Source: Mobula hypostoma (Eukaryota). From it: DNA of 64,000 bases. The stretch covers positions 25,484,001 to 25,548,000 of the forward strand of contig NC_086097.1 of assembly GCF_963921235.1 (NCBI RefSeq). Direction: 5' to 3'. The notes beneath the pieces are model-generated. The model saw only the letters and a list, made by a program, of their open reading frames with translations, had not been told where the DNA came from and made no database searches. A program made the translations under genes and the position numbers. Below are positions 63,900 through 64,000 of the stretch, in pieces. Within the stretch, counting starts at the first letter, position 1; the number at the start of each line of letters is the position of its first letter.

Positions 63900-64000
63900 C
63901 ACTTTACACTTCACTGCCATTTTTCAGCCCATTTTTTCCAGCTGGTCCAGATCCTGTTGCAAGTCACGATAGCCTTCCTTGCTGTCCACTACACCCCCAA
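63900..64000 (-). mobile_element. CR1 RT fragment
   Basis: Minus strand reads DLQQDLDQLEK.AEKWQ. Confidence 0.6.

Noticed and set aside
1..64000. Prokaryote-style novel RT system (retron, DGR or defence operon)
   Set aside because: Every RT motif belongs to a recognisable eukaryotic retrotransposon clade with tails or TSDs. Most short ORFs in the track are antisense or off-frame shadows of these elements.

Overview
This window is eukaryotic nuclear DNA made almost entirely of decayed, nested retroelements. I recognise no host protein-coding gene, rRNA, true tRNA or CRISPR array. The repeat mix suggests a cartilaginous fish, probably a ray/batoid (inference). It includes several CR1 families, many Rex1/Babar copies, three RTE lineages, Penelope-like GIY-YIG relics and V-SINEs. 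Well-delimited elements: a full-length Ty3/Gypsy provirus with LTRs, PBS, PPT and a 5-bp TSD (18843-23268); a TSD-bounded RTE (26518-31645) holding a young CR1 with an open RT frame; a near full-length L1 (55423-60613) inside a Rex element; a four-level CR1 nest (46885-54550); a HERO-type fragment; and an ERV-like pol relic. The most interesting signals are non-coding: degenerate minimal hammerhead-ribozyme motifs in Penelope termini, a non-autonomous Rex-tailed family whose ~35-bp motif seeded a 44-bp minisatellite, an internally deleted Rex parasite, and modular SINEs carrying RTE 5'UTR pieces or swapped tails. I found no convincing new multi-gene system. All calls are by-eye motif recognition, and boundaries without TSDs are approximate.
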